Below, piece after piece: positions 31,775 to 40,647 of a stretch of DNA of 64,000 nt. The notes beneath the pieces are model-generated. The model ran no database searches. It was not told the origin of the DNA and was given only the letters and a program-made list of their open reading frames with translations. How positions within the stretch are numbered: the stretch's first letter is position 1; each line of letters opens with the position of its first letter. Both the position numbers and the translations under genes were made by a program. The stretch comes from Bryobacterales bacterium (GTDB lineage: Bacteria > Acidobacteriota > Terriglobia > Bryobacterales > UBA6623). The stretch covers positions 258,492-322,491 of the forward strand of contig CBDFIS010000006.1 in the NCBI GenBank assembly GCA_965248205.1, written 5' to 3'.

Positions 31775-32380
31775 GTGAATAAGAATCCCTCGCCGCTGGT
31801 GAACCTGAAAATCCAACGAGGCTGGACTCGCCGGGCTTTGCTCGGGCCGGCCCTGGCGCTGGCCCTGGGGGCCCCGATGCGGGCTTCAGCGCAGGCGGGC
31901 GCTCAGCCGCCGGAGACGCTGCGGCCTCAGCCCGGGGACCGTCTGGTCTTTGCGTTTGGTCCGCGCGGGGGCGAGGCACTGCGGGCCGAAGAGTTGACGA
32001 TGGGTGCGGCGCCGGTGGCGGCCTTTCCGATGGATCCTAACACGGGGGTTGTGCGCAGCGGGTCGCGGCTCAATCGCGTTATGGTGGTGCGGCTGGACCC
32101 GGTCGCACTGTCGGCAAAGACGGCGCGGGGCGCCGCCAATGGGATCGTAGCCTATTCAGCCGTGTGCACCCACACGGGCTGTGAGATCTCGGAGTGGCGG
32201 GGAGAGACGCGCCGGCTAGTTTGCCCGTGTCATGACTCGGAATTCGAAACAGCGGACGGTGCCCGTGTGATGTCGGGACCTGCCCCGAAGCCGCTGGCAA
32301 TGCTGCCACTCGACATCGCTGGCAGCGAGTTACGCGTGGCGCGGCGCTTTACGCGCCGCGTCGGCTTTGAGCCGCTGTGA
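31775..32380 (+). CDS. Tat-exported Rieske [2Fe-2S] protein
   Basis: Twin-arginine leader RGWTRRALLGPALALALGA. Rieske boxes CTHTGC and CPCHDSEF. Confidence 0.8.
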   Translation: MNKNPSPLVNLKIQRGWTRRALLGPALALALGAPMRASAQAGAQPPETLRPQPGDRLVFAFGPRGGEALRAEELTMGAAPVAAFPMDPNTGVVRSGSRLNRVMVVRLDPVALSAKTARGAANGIVAYSAVCTHTGCEISEWRGETRRLVCPCHDSEFETADGARVMSGPAPKPLAMLPLDIAGSELRVARRFTRRVGFEPL

Positions 32381-32418
32381 CGCGACGACGCCATCATTCC
32401 ACACCCAAGAGGAGAGCC

Positions 32419-34176
32419 ATGCCACGTCCTACTTCCCACTTCCCCATCGCCGGTTGGCTTGCTGTGTCGCTCGTTGTCGGTGGGTTTCCCCTGGCGAGTC
32501 TCGGGCAGTCGCTACCTGCCTACCAGAACGTCACCAACGAGCGCTTGATGAATCCCGAGCCGCGCAACTGGCTGATGTATCGCGGCAGCTACGACTCGAA
32601 GGGCTACAGCGCCCTCGACCAGATCAACACCGGCAACGTGAGCCGACTGGTTCCGGCGTGGACATTCTCCACGGGAATGCGCGAAGGACACCAGGCCCCG
32701 CCCATCGTAAACGAGGGCGTGATGTTCCTGACCACGCCCCATAACCGGGTGCTGGCGCTCGATGCGCGCAGCGGCGATCTGCTCTGGCGCTACGCCCGCG
32801 AGCTGCCCGAAGACCTGTTCCAGATGCATCCGACCAACCGGGGTGTGGCGCTCTACGCCGACCGGGTCTACCTGGCGACGGCGGACGCCCACGTGGTGGC
32901 GCTCGACGCGCGCAGCGGCGAGGTGGTCTGGGAGCGCGAGGTGGAGGACTACACCAAGGGCTACTACATGACGCTGGCGCCGCTTGTGGCGGCGGGCAAG
33001 GTGATGGTAGGTGTCTCGGGCGGCGAGTTCGGCATCCGCGGTTTCGTGGCGGCCTTCGACGCGGTGACGGGCAAGCCGGCTTGGAAGACCTACACGATCC
33101 CCGCGCCGGGCGAGCCCGGCAGCGAGACCTGGGAGGGCGACAGTTGGAAGACCGGCGGCGTGTCGGTTTGGGTCACGGGCTCATATGACCCTCAGCTCGG
33201 CCTCAGTTACTGGGGCACCGGGAACGCCGGCCCCTGGATGGGCGACGCGCGGCCCGGCGACAACCTCTACGCCACGTCGGTGATCGCCCTGGATGTCGAG
33301 ACGGGCGCGCTCCGCGCCCACCACCAATACCACTGGAACGACTCCTGGGACTGGGACGAGGTCTCGGCGCCGCTGCTGGTGGACTTCCGGCGCAACGGTC
33401 GCACCATCGCGGGCCTCGTCCATCCGGGCCGCAACGGCTACCTCTGGTTTCTCGAGCGCGGGCGCGACCGCATCGGGTTCGTTGACGCGCTGCCCTACGT
33501 GCGCCAGGACGTCTTCACGAGCATCGACCCAAAGACCGGACGGCCCAGTTACGACAAGGCCCGCACACCCGGCATGGGCAAGCGCGCCGAGTTCTGCCCC
33601 TCGCTCTGGGGCGGCAAGGACTGGCCGCCCGCGGCCTACAGCCCGAAGACCGGCTACCTCTACATCCCTGCCAACGAGAACGTCTGCGCCTGGATGGAGG
33701 GCAGGAAGGTCGAGTACCGGCCCGGCCAGTATTACATGGGAGTCCGCATCGGAAGGGACATGGACTTAGTGCTCCACGAGGACGCCAAGCACCACATCGG
33801 CGAGCTCCAGGCCTGGGACCTGGACGGGCCAAAGAAGGTGTGGACAAAGACCTTTAAGAGCCACAACTGGGGCCCGGTGCTAGCGACCGGAGGCAACGTG
33901 CTCTTCATGGGCGGGACGAACGACCGCTACTTTCGCGCTTTCGACGCTCGCAGCGGCGAGGTGCTTTGGAAACAACGCACCAACTCCGGCGTCATCGGTG
34001 TGCCAACCAGCTACGGGGTGGACGGCGTGCAGTACGTCGCCGTGCTCTCGGGTTGGGGCGTGGACGCCGAACGCCAGCAGGCTATGCTGAACAAGCAGCT
34101 CGGGACCAAGACATACGTGCCCCAGGGTGGGGTGCTCTGGGTGTTCGCCCTGCCGCAAGCTGCGCCGGCACCCTGA
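32419..34176 (+). CDS. PQQ-dependent dehydrogenase, methanol/ethanol family (XoxF/ExaA-like)
   Basis: Eight-bladed propeller signatures (..LDARSGDLLWRY.., ..SGGEFGIRGFVAAFD.., YWGTGNAGPW, WNDSWDWDEV). ATG 32419 is preceded by GAGGAG. The ORF is also open from GTG 32377, which would overlap the Rieske stop by 4 nt. Confidence 0.85.
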   Translation: MPRPTSHFPIAGWLAVSLVVGGFPLASLGQSLPAYQNVTNERLMNPEPRNWLMYRGSYDSKGYSALDQINTGNVSRLVPAWTFSTGMREGHQAPPIVNEGVMFLTTPHNRVLALDARSGDLLWRYARELPEDLFQMHPTNRGVALYADRVYLATADAHVVALDARSGEVVWEREVEDYTKGYYMTLAPLVAAGKVMVGVSGGEFGIRGFVAAFDAVTGKPAWKTYTIPAPGEPGSETWEGDSWKTGGVSVWVTGSYDPQLGLSYWGTGNAGPWMGDARPGDNLYATSVIALDVETGALRAHHQYHWNDSWDWDEVSAPLLVDFRRNGRTIAGLVHPGRNGYLWFLERGRDRIGFVDALPYVRQDVFTSIDPKTGRPSYDKARTPGMGKRAEFCPSLWGGKDWPPAAYSPKTGYLYIPANENVCAWMEGRKVEYRPGQYYMGVRIGRDMDLVLHEDAKHHIGELQAWDLDGPKKVWTKTFKSHNWGPVLATGGNVLFMGGTNDRYFRAFDARSGEVLWKQRTNSGVIGVPTSYGVDGVQYVAVLSGWGVDAERQQAMLNKQLGTKTYVPQGGVLWVFALPQAAPAP

Positions 34177-34244
34177 GATGGGTCGAAGAGTGTTGCGCCC
34201 GCAGCCAGTTACGCTCGCGGTGGTCCCGGGGGAGGGAGCGAACC

Positions 34245-34451
34245 ATGAGCGCAGACCGGCGCACGCGTCGAAAACGCGATCGGGTGAAGGCAAGCAAGTC
34301 GCTCCTAACGCTCATGGTTCCTGTAGCCCTCTTTGCACTGTTGTACTTCTATGCCCTTGGGGACGAGTCTGTCGGCCGTCACATTCACCGGATCGTAGAT
34401 CCCCTTGTCCGGCCGCTCTTGCGTTTCATGGACAATCTATTCGATTTTTGA
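34245..34451 (+). CDS. Small single-pass membrane protein (hypothetical)
   Basis: ATG preceded by GGAGGGAG. Basic N-terminus (RRTRRKRDR) followed by one hydrophobic helix. 68 aa. Confidence 0.45.
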   Translation: MSADRRTRRKRDRVKASKSLLTLMVPVALFALLYFYALGDESVGRHIHRIVDPLVRPLLRFMDNLFDF

Positions 34452-34750
34452 ATGAAAGCTACCGCTGCGGTGGAAAAGGACCGCCCTTGACACAGTCGTT
34501 ATCCTGAAGGGGAAGCTGCGGAGATCGATATGACGGTCGCCGACCGGGAAAAACGTGACGAAACAATGCCAAGTCCCGATAATCCCTGTTGATTCAGCAA
34601 GTTGTAAAGATGATCGACAGCGAACCAAGGCCGAAGAACTCCTAGCTGACCCGTCCTACCCCTATTCATGCCGCTGTCGGCGCTCGCCGCGACGCCCGAT
34701 CGTCCGGGGAGGGGCGCCGAAGGGGCTCTCCGGGGCTTTTAGCCCACGTG

Positions 34751-34943
34751 TAGCCCGCATTTCTCACCAGCGGCCCGGCAGGAGTGGAAGCAAATGCCCG
34801 CGGTCAGGGATGTAGGGGCGCGATTCATCGCGCCCGCTTGCCGCCATACTGTACGCTGGGCGATGTACACAAACTGTTGCCGCGAGCCATGACCACCGGG
34901 CCTTTCGCCCAACCACCGCGGCCGTGGTGAGAAATGCGCGTTA
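34751..34943. repeat. MITE-like element, copy A (193 bp)
   Basis: TAGCCCGCATTTCTCACC (34751-34768) and GGTGAGAAATGCGCGTTA (34926-34943) form terminal inverted repeats. Internal hairpin GTAGGGGCGCGATTCATCGCGCCC (34812-34835). Confidence 0.6.
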
Positions 34944-35695
34944 GTTCCATGTCTACCTACTTCCGAATCCTTCTCTGCTCGTTGCTTCTCTTGGCCGCTT
35001 TCGAGGCCGGTCTCGGTCTAAGGCCCAGCCAGGCGCAGCAGAAGGCAGAGATCCAAGGTGAACAGGCCCTTCCAGCGCCGCCGGCATTCTACAGAGGACG
35101 CCGAATCGCTCAAACGATGAGCTTCCACGGCGCCCCGTGGCTGATCCGTGAAACGCGTGACGGAGAGGAGAACCCAGGAAAACTGCTGAATGCACTGGAC
35201 GTCAAGCCCGGCCAGACGGTCTGTGACTTGGGGTGCGGCAACGGTTTCTACACACTGCAACTCGCCAAGCTTGTTGGCAAACACGGCCGCGTGCTGGCTG
35301 TCGACATCCAATCCGAGATGCTGGCGTTGCTCAGGCAGCGGGCCCAAGAGGCGGGCCTCCACAACATCGAACCGATCCTCGGAATCCCCGGCGACCCCAA
35401 ACTGCCTAAGGGCGAGGTCGATCTGATTCTGCTCGTCGACGTTTACCACGAGTTTTCCTATCCGGAGCAGATGCTGCGGGCCATGCGCGCGAGTCTCAAA
35501 CCCAATGGACGTATCGCGCTCGCAGAGTTTCGACTCGAAGACCCGACGGTGCCGATCAAGCTCCTCCACAAGATGAGCAAGGAGCAAATCCTGAAGGAGT
35601 TTTCTCCCAACGGACTCAAGCTAGTAGGGGAGTATGACGAGCTACCCTGGCAACACCTCATGTTCTTCGGTCCCGACAGCGGAGCGCGAAACTAA
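34934..35695 (+). CDS. Secreted class I SAM-dependent methyltransferase
   Basis: Signal-like N-terminus and SAM motif VCDLGCGNGFYTL. The first ATG (34934) lies inside the MITE terminal repeat. An alternative ATG lies at 34949. Confidence 0.75.
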   Translation: MRVSSMSTYFRILLCSLLLLAAFEAGLGLRPSQAQQKAEIQGEQALPAPPAFYRGRRIAQTMSFHGAPWLIRETRDGEENPGKLLNALDVKPGQTVCDLGCGNGFYTLQLAKLVGKHGRVLAVDIQSEMLALLRQRAQEAGLHNIEPILGIPGDPKLPKGEVDLILLVDVYHEFSYPEQMLRAMRASLKPNGRIALAEFRLEDPTVPIKLLHKMSKEQILKEFSPNGLKLVGEYDELPWQHLMFFGPDSGARN

Positions 35696-35740
35696 GGCGA
35701 CCCCGCCCGGCGCAACGATCGAAACTGGGACACTACCGAA

Positions 35741-37216
35741 ATGCGAACTGTGAAAAGTCGTGCCATACTGAACCGCATGCTGAAAGCTTTCGTGTCTTTC
35801 ATCGTTGTCTTGCTCCTGAGCTCGTGTGGCCAAACCACGTACGAAATCGTTATCCAGAACGGCCGCGTCATGGACCCCGAATCCGGACTCGACGCCGTTC
35901 GCAATGTCGGCATTGAAGGCCGGAAGGTTGCGACTATCACAGAAGATCGGATCGACGGGAAGCAGGTGCTCGATGCGACCGGACACGTCGTTACCGCCGG
36001 TTTCGTCGATCTTCACCGGCACGGTCACAGCCCGGAAAACTACCAGGCGCAGATCCGTGACGGAATCACCAGTGGGCTCGAGCTCGAAATCGGCGTCGAA
36101 GACATAGAGGCCTGGTATGCGGAGCGCGAAGGCAAGACCGTGCTCAACTACGGAGCCAGTATCAGTCACCCCTATGCTCGGAACATCGCGATGACGGGCA
36201 GTAATCCCGGTTTCTGGGGAGAGGCCGCCGCAGATCCGCTGAATCCGGAACAGCTCGAAAAACTTAAGGCGAGAATCTCCGAAGGTCTCGAGCAAGGCGC
36301 CCCGGGGGTTGGTTTCGGACTCGCCTACACTCCCGGTGCGACACCGGACGAGGTGCTCGAGATTTTCCGGGTCGCCGCACGCTACAACGCGCCCTGCTAC
36401 GTCCACGTCCGCACCTCGACGACTGATGCCAGCAACGTCGAAGAGGTCCTCGCATACTCGAAGCAAAGCGGCGCGCCGCTACACATCGTTCATCTCAACA
36501 GCAGCGGCGGAAAACTGGTACCTCAATACCTCGCGGCCGTTCAAAAGGGAATCGACGACGGAGTCGATGTAACCACCGAATGCTACCCCTACAATCGAGG
36601 CTCGACTTTCATCCAGTCGCACCTATTCAACGACTGGCAAACCTATTCGGATAAGGAGTTCAGTGGATACATCTGGATGGCAACACTGGAGCACCTTACA
36701 CGCGAATCCTTCGGCCGCTACCGCGAGCAAGGGGGCCTCATTGTCACTCCGGCAGGCTACTCCCTCGATATGGTCCAGGCAGCGATCGCAAGTCCTCTCA
36801 CGATGATCGCCAGCGACGGGATGTGGCTTGACAACGGACGCGCCCACCCTCGGACATTCGGCACTTGCGCCCGCATCCTGGGACGCTATGTTCGTGAGAA
36901 AAAGGCCCTCACGCTGATGGACGCGCTTGCCAAAATGAGCCTGCGCCCCGCCCAACGGCTTGAAAGCCGCGTCCCCATGATGAAAGACAAGGGCCGCGTC
37001 CGCCTGGGAGCCGACGCCGACCTCGTGGTCTTCGACCCCGAAACCGTCATTGATAAGGGAACCTTCGAAGATCCCGCTCAGAACCCACTCGGGATACGCC
37101 ACGTCCTGGTGAACGGCGTCGCAGTTCTCGTCGACAGCGAGCCTGTCGAAGGCGTCGCGCCGGGCCAGGCTATCCGTGCGCCGATTAAAAAGACGTCCGC
37201 ACCTTCTTATTACTAA
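35741..37216 (+). CDS. Amidohydrolase family protein (N-acyl-D-amino-acid deacylase-like)
   Basis: Signal/lipoprotein-like N-terminus. GFVDLHRHGH metal-binding HxH motif. Overall D-aminoacylase-like organisation. Confidence 0.8.
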   Translation: MRTVKSRAILNRMLKAFVSFIVVLLLSSCGQTTYEIVIQNGRVMDPESGLDAVRNVGIEGRKVATITEDRIDGKQVLDATGHVVTAGFVDLHRHGHSPENYQAQIRDGITSGLELEIGVEDIEAWYAEREGKTVLNYGASISHPYARNIAMTGSNPGFWGEAAADPLNPEQLEKLKARISEGLEQGAPGVGFGLAYTPGATPDEVLEIFRVAARYNAPCYVHVRTSTTDASNVEEVLAYSKQSGAPLHIVHLNSSGGKLVPQYLAAVQKGIDDGVDVTTECYPYNRGSTFIQSHLFNDWQTYSDKEFSGYIWMATLEHLTRESFGRYREQGGLIVTPAGYSLDMVQAAIASPLTMIASDGMWLDNGRAHPRTFGTCARILGRYVREKKALTLMDALAKMSLRPAQRLESRVPMMKDKGRVRLGADADLVVFDPETVIDKGTFEDPAQNPLGIRHVLVNGVAVLVDSEPVEGVAPGQAIRAPIKKTSAPSYY

Positions 37217-37218
37217 TT

Positions 37219-37386
37219 TAGCCCGCATTTCTCTGCGGGGCGCGTAGGGGCGGACCGCCGTGTCCGCCTATTCGTGAAACGCACACTCCGTCCCGTTCGA
37301 TACACTCAACCCAACCCTGCGAGAGACCCTCTCCGGGCGGGCGCAGCGGCCCGCCCCTACTGTTTTGTCGTGAGAAATGCGGATTA
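37219..37386. repeat. MITE-like element, copy B (168 bp)
   Basis: TAGCCCGCATTTCTC (37219-37233) and GAGAAATGCGGATTA (37372-37386). Two internal GTAGGGGCGG hairpins in opposite orientation (37244-37268 on the plus strand, 37335-37360 on the minus strand). Confidence 0.6.
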
Positions 37387-38430
37387 GTGCCGTTGCGCGC
37401 TGTTTTGCACAGGTTCGGACCAGCCAGCGGCGGCTGCGGTCGCCGGCGCGGACCTTGCGAGCAGCGGCAACGATGGTAGGCGTCTCCAGAGGGGCTAGAA
37501 GGACCTTTCTTTTGATGGCGTGATAGCGTCAAGCGCGAGGCGTCTTTTTTCGGTCGGATGAGCAGATTCGAGCAGATTTTCCTTAGAATTCCCGTCCATT
37601 GACCGAGGAGTCCCTTTTTCTATTCGAGCGTACACTACAGGGCCAAGGGTTTTGCCGCTTTGGGAACCTATGTTGTTGATTCTGTTGGGTTGGAATATTG
37701 TGACTGATGGGGACGGTGTTGGCAGGTTGGACGGCATTCGCGGTTCGGCCTTGTCGATTCACAGGCCTGCAGCCGCTCGCCGGAGTGTTTAGGAAGGCCA
37801 CCCCACAGCCGGTCACGGAGCTCGCAGCGGCCGGCTCACAGTGTGAGCGTTAGACCACCGAGTTCGCAATCGCGAAGAGGTAGGTCGATTTTCTCAGTGG
37901 CTTCGTTGTAGCAAACAGAAAACGGCGGCGAATCTGTCGGGCGCGCGATTCGCTGAAAGAAAAGCAAACCCGCGTAGTGCCTGCCTAGATTCGCGCTACG
38001 GGGCTCCTAGAAACCTACCTCATAAGTGGCGCTGACGGGGATGGGTCCTCAGAGTCATGGAGACGGCGCTCTGAGCTACCTGGATCGGGACGTGCCAGTG
38101 AGGGTTTCGGGAACCTCCACGCAAGGTGGGTAAACACTGGCCGACAAGGAAGGATTTAGCCGCGTAGGACGTTGCCCGGCCGCCTTCCAACACCTATTGG
38201 GCAAAGCTCCGCGCCCGGCTCAAAGGTCCTGTCCGGCGGCTCGACCTCCAGCGCAGGCTACCCAGTTTATTCGCTTGGACTTGGTCCTGAATGCGGTCGG
38301 TGAGGGCAATGGCCAGACCGCCGAAAATCCGCACACAAAAGTGAGACAGTCAGCCGGGACCCGGAGAGCGTCCGGGTCATTGTTGCGGTGAAATAGCGGC
38401 GACCAATGCTCGCGCCGGAGGTAGAATTGA

Positions 38431-39786
38431 TTGACTCGCCCGTGTGGGTCTATGACTAGGAGAATCTGGCTTCGGCACCTTTTTTTGGGCATCTCCCTGG
38501 CGGCGTTCCTTCACACGGCTCTACAGTTTGCCCACGCGTATTCCCCGAACGTTGACAACGATTGGGGTTTCTTTCCCGTTCACTGGGTCGCCGGCATTTT
38601 TTTTGGCGCTCCACTGTTGGCGCCCGCCTTTACGATCCAGGCTTACATTGGTCTTTGGCTCAGGCTTTTCGGCCGGGTGCTGCAGATTCTCGCAGGGGGA
38701 TTCACGCAATCAGCTTTGGTGGGGCTGTGGGTTCGATTCGTGGGTCTCGAGCCGTCCTTGGCCGGAAACTTTTCTTTGACCTTACCGATGACGATCGCCG
38801 GATTTGTGGCCGGTTCCGCCGTGGCCGCGGTCGCCGCTCCGCGAGCGACCGATCCGAAGCTGCCTCAGAGACTGACTGCCGACAGCGACCAGGGCATATT
38901 CGACTACAGAAGTTTGCGCGCCTTCATGATCCTGGGGGCCTGCATCTGCTTCGGGGGGGGACTCGCCCTGATGTTCTTGCTTCGTGAAGAGAGTCCCGAT
39001 CCTCTCCTCGCATTCGGACTTCCTGCTGCTGCCGGCCTTTTCTGCCTCTGGGGCGCCTACCTAATGGAAGCCCAAGTTTCCATCAGTGAAAGCGGCATCT
39101 CGTGGACAAGAGGAGTCCGCGAAGTCGTGATCCCATGGTCGCAAGTCACTGAGATCCGGTCCACCGCAGATAAACTGCTCATCCGTTCGACAGAGTCGAA
39201 GATTGCCGTGGACAAGCAACTCGGGGACTATGAGTCGTTCCACCGACTCTTACGAAGATTTGCTCCTCCCTTCGCTTGGAAGACTCTCGGGTTGCCTTTG
39301 CAGTGCCGCGCGAGCCTTGTGATTCCCGGTTTCCTTTGCGGGGTCGGCATGGCGTGGATCGCTTTTATGTGGTGGATGGTGGACTACGGTCCCCCAAAGG
39401 ACACCGTCGACCTTGTGATCGTCATCTTTTTCTTCGGTCTGGGAGGGATACCCCTCCCGATCGGTTTGTATCTGGCGACCTTTCGGTATCGGTTTGACAC
39501 CTCTGAAATTCGCGTGAGCAGTCTGTTCAGACGGAAGGTCTACGAGGTACGGAATCTCGTAGATCTAAAGCTCTCATCGGCAAGTATGCCGGAAGTTGTT
39601 CCGCGGCGACCCGGGGTAATCATGGCCCCTTTGACAAATCAACAGTTTGAATTCCACTTCAGAGATGGCACCACATGGGAGCTACTCGCCCGCAGGATGG
39701 CGGTTGATCCGGAAGCCTTCTATGACCTTCTCCACCGGAGCTACATCGGCAATCGTAAGCATGACGACAACAAAACGGGAGAGTGA
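38431..39786 (+). CDS. Polytopic membrane protein with a central PH-like soluble segment (hypothetical)
   Basis: About 10 hydrophobic segments. A central segment, ISESGISWTRGVREVVIPWSQVTEIRS..LLIRS, resembles bacterial PH (bPH) domains. No family assigned. Confidence 0.55.
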   Translation: MTRPCGSMTRRIWLRHLFLGISLAAFLHTALQFAHAYSPNVDNDWGFFPVHWVAGIFFGAPLLAPAFTIQAYIGLWLRLFGRVLQILAGGFTQSALVGLWVRFVGLEPSLAGNFSLTLPMTIAGFVAGSAVAAVAAPRATDPKLPQRLTADSDQGIFDYRSLRAFMILGACICFGGGLALMFLLREESPDPLLAFGLPAAAGLFCLWGAYLMEAQVSISESGISWTRGVREVVIPWSQVTEIRSTADKLLIRSTESKIAVDKQLGDYESFHRLLRRFAPPFAWKTLGLPLQCRASLVIPGFLCGVGMAWIAFMWWMVDYGPPKDTVDLVIVIFFFGLGGIPLPIGLYLATFRYRFDTSEIRVSSLFRRKVYEVRNLVDLKLSSASMPEVVPRRPGVIMAPLTNQQFEFHFRDGTTWELLARRMAVDPEAFYDLLHRSYIGNRKHDDNKTGE

Positions 39787-39926
39787 TGTCGTTAAGGTTC
39801 TCGTACGACGCCGTTCCGGCGTACAACGCTTTTTGGGTCGGACCAGAGGTCGAATGTGGAGGAGCGGGTGGGGGTTCGAGTGGTCTGGTCGGCGGGAGGG
39901 AGGACTGGCTCGCGCGGAGCGCGGGC

Positions 39927-40296
39927 TCAGTGGCCGGTCTGAAGCGGCAGCCCTTCGGCAGAGCCCGTGTAGGCAAACCGATCCTGCTCCTGGCCGCCCT
40001 GGTCCAGCAGCATGATCTCATCCCGATTGTTGTTGAGGCTCATCGCCATCGCGTTGCGCTGTATGGTGGCGGACGCACCGGGGTCCAGGGTCCCGAGTGC
40101 GCTCAACGACCCGGTTCGCCCGCTCTCATCTTCCAGCATCCAACCGACCATCGAACCGCTGGTCAGCTAAAGCCATCCAGTTGCAGAGAACGAACCTCCG
40201 GAACATCGACACCGGCAGTACGCTTCGCGTGGTTGGCGGAAGTTCTTTCGAGGGAGGAGCTGTCAACGTACCGAAGGGGCGCGGGTAGATCCTCAT
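39927..40296 (-). pseudogene. Lamin-tail-domain (LTD)-like gene, apparently frameshifted
   Basis: The 74-aa ORF 39927-40151 reads GWMLEDESGRT..LDPGASATI..LNNNRDEIMLLDQGGQEQDRFAYT, which looks like the C-terminal two thirds of an LTD. The expected N-terminal strand (..RFVLCN..) is found in a different frame starting at ATG 40296. Confidence 0.35.
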
Positions 40297-40647
40297 GGCG
40301 AAGTCTTGATCCAGCGGGCTGGATCTATCCTTGCCGACAAGGGAGGATTCAGGCCGGAGACAACTTGCCTACGACTGGGTAATTCGAAAGCGCCGGTTTG
40401 GAACTAGGAGACTTTCGCCACTCCCGCCTTTGCGATACGCTGCCGTCCAGCCTACAATTTCACCGGACAACTTCGACAGCGGATAGCCACTGAAAAACTT
40501 CATTACCACCAACAATCGCGGATGCAAGGGGTCCGGGTCGGCGGTCGAAGCAGGCGAAAACCGAGTCGGCTCAAGGACCTGGGCGTGAGAAAATCGGTTT
40601 GTTGGTGGGAAGGCTTGTAATCACCAGCTATCGGGTAGCGCTACAAT

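Noticed and set aside
37387-38430. RNase P RNA, tmRNA, group II intron or riboswitch in the two large gaps (this one and 52473-53150).
   Set aside because: I looked on both strands for GAGGAAAGTCCGG and ACAGAACCCGGCTTA (RNase P), a GGGG...tag ORF...CTCCACCA 3' end (tmRNA), a domain V-like GAGCCGTAT..ACGGTTC, and TPP/B12 boxes. I found only short partial matches (for example GGTAAAC and GTAAGAGCGGGCAC). This is insufficient without a covariance-model scan.
39783-40382. A 199-aa plus-strand ORF overlapping the LTD remnant.
   Set aside because: Low-complexity Gly/Arg-rich translation, no RBS and no motifs. The opposite strand carries a recognisable domain signature.
40576-40595. CGTGAGAAAATCGGTTTG, resembling the right terminal repeat of the MITE family.
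   Set aside because: No matching left end lies 160-200 bp upstream, and only about 13 of 18 positions match. It may be a decayed solo end, but that is not supportable.
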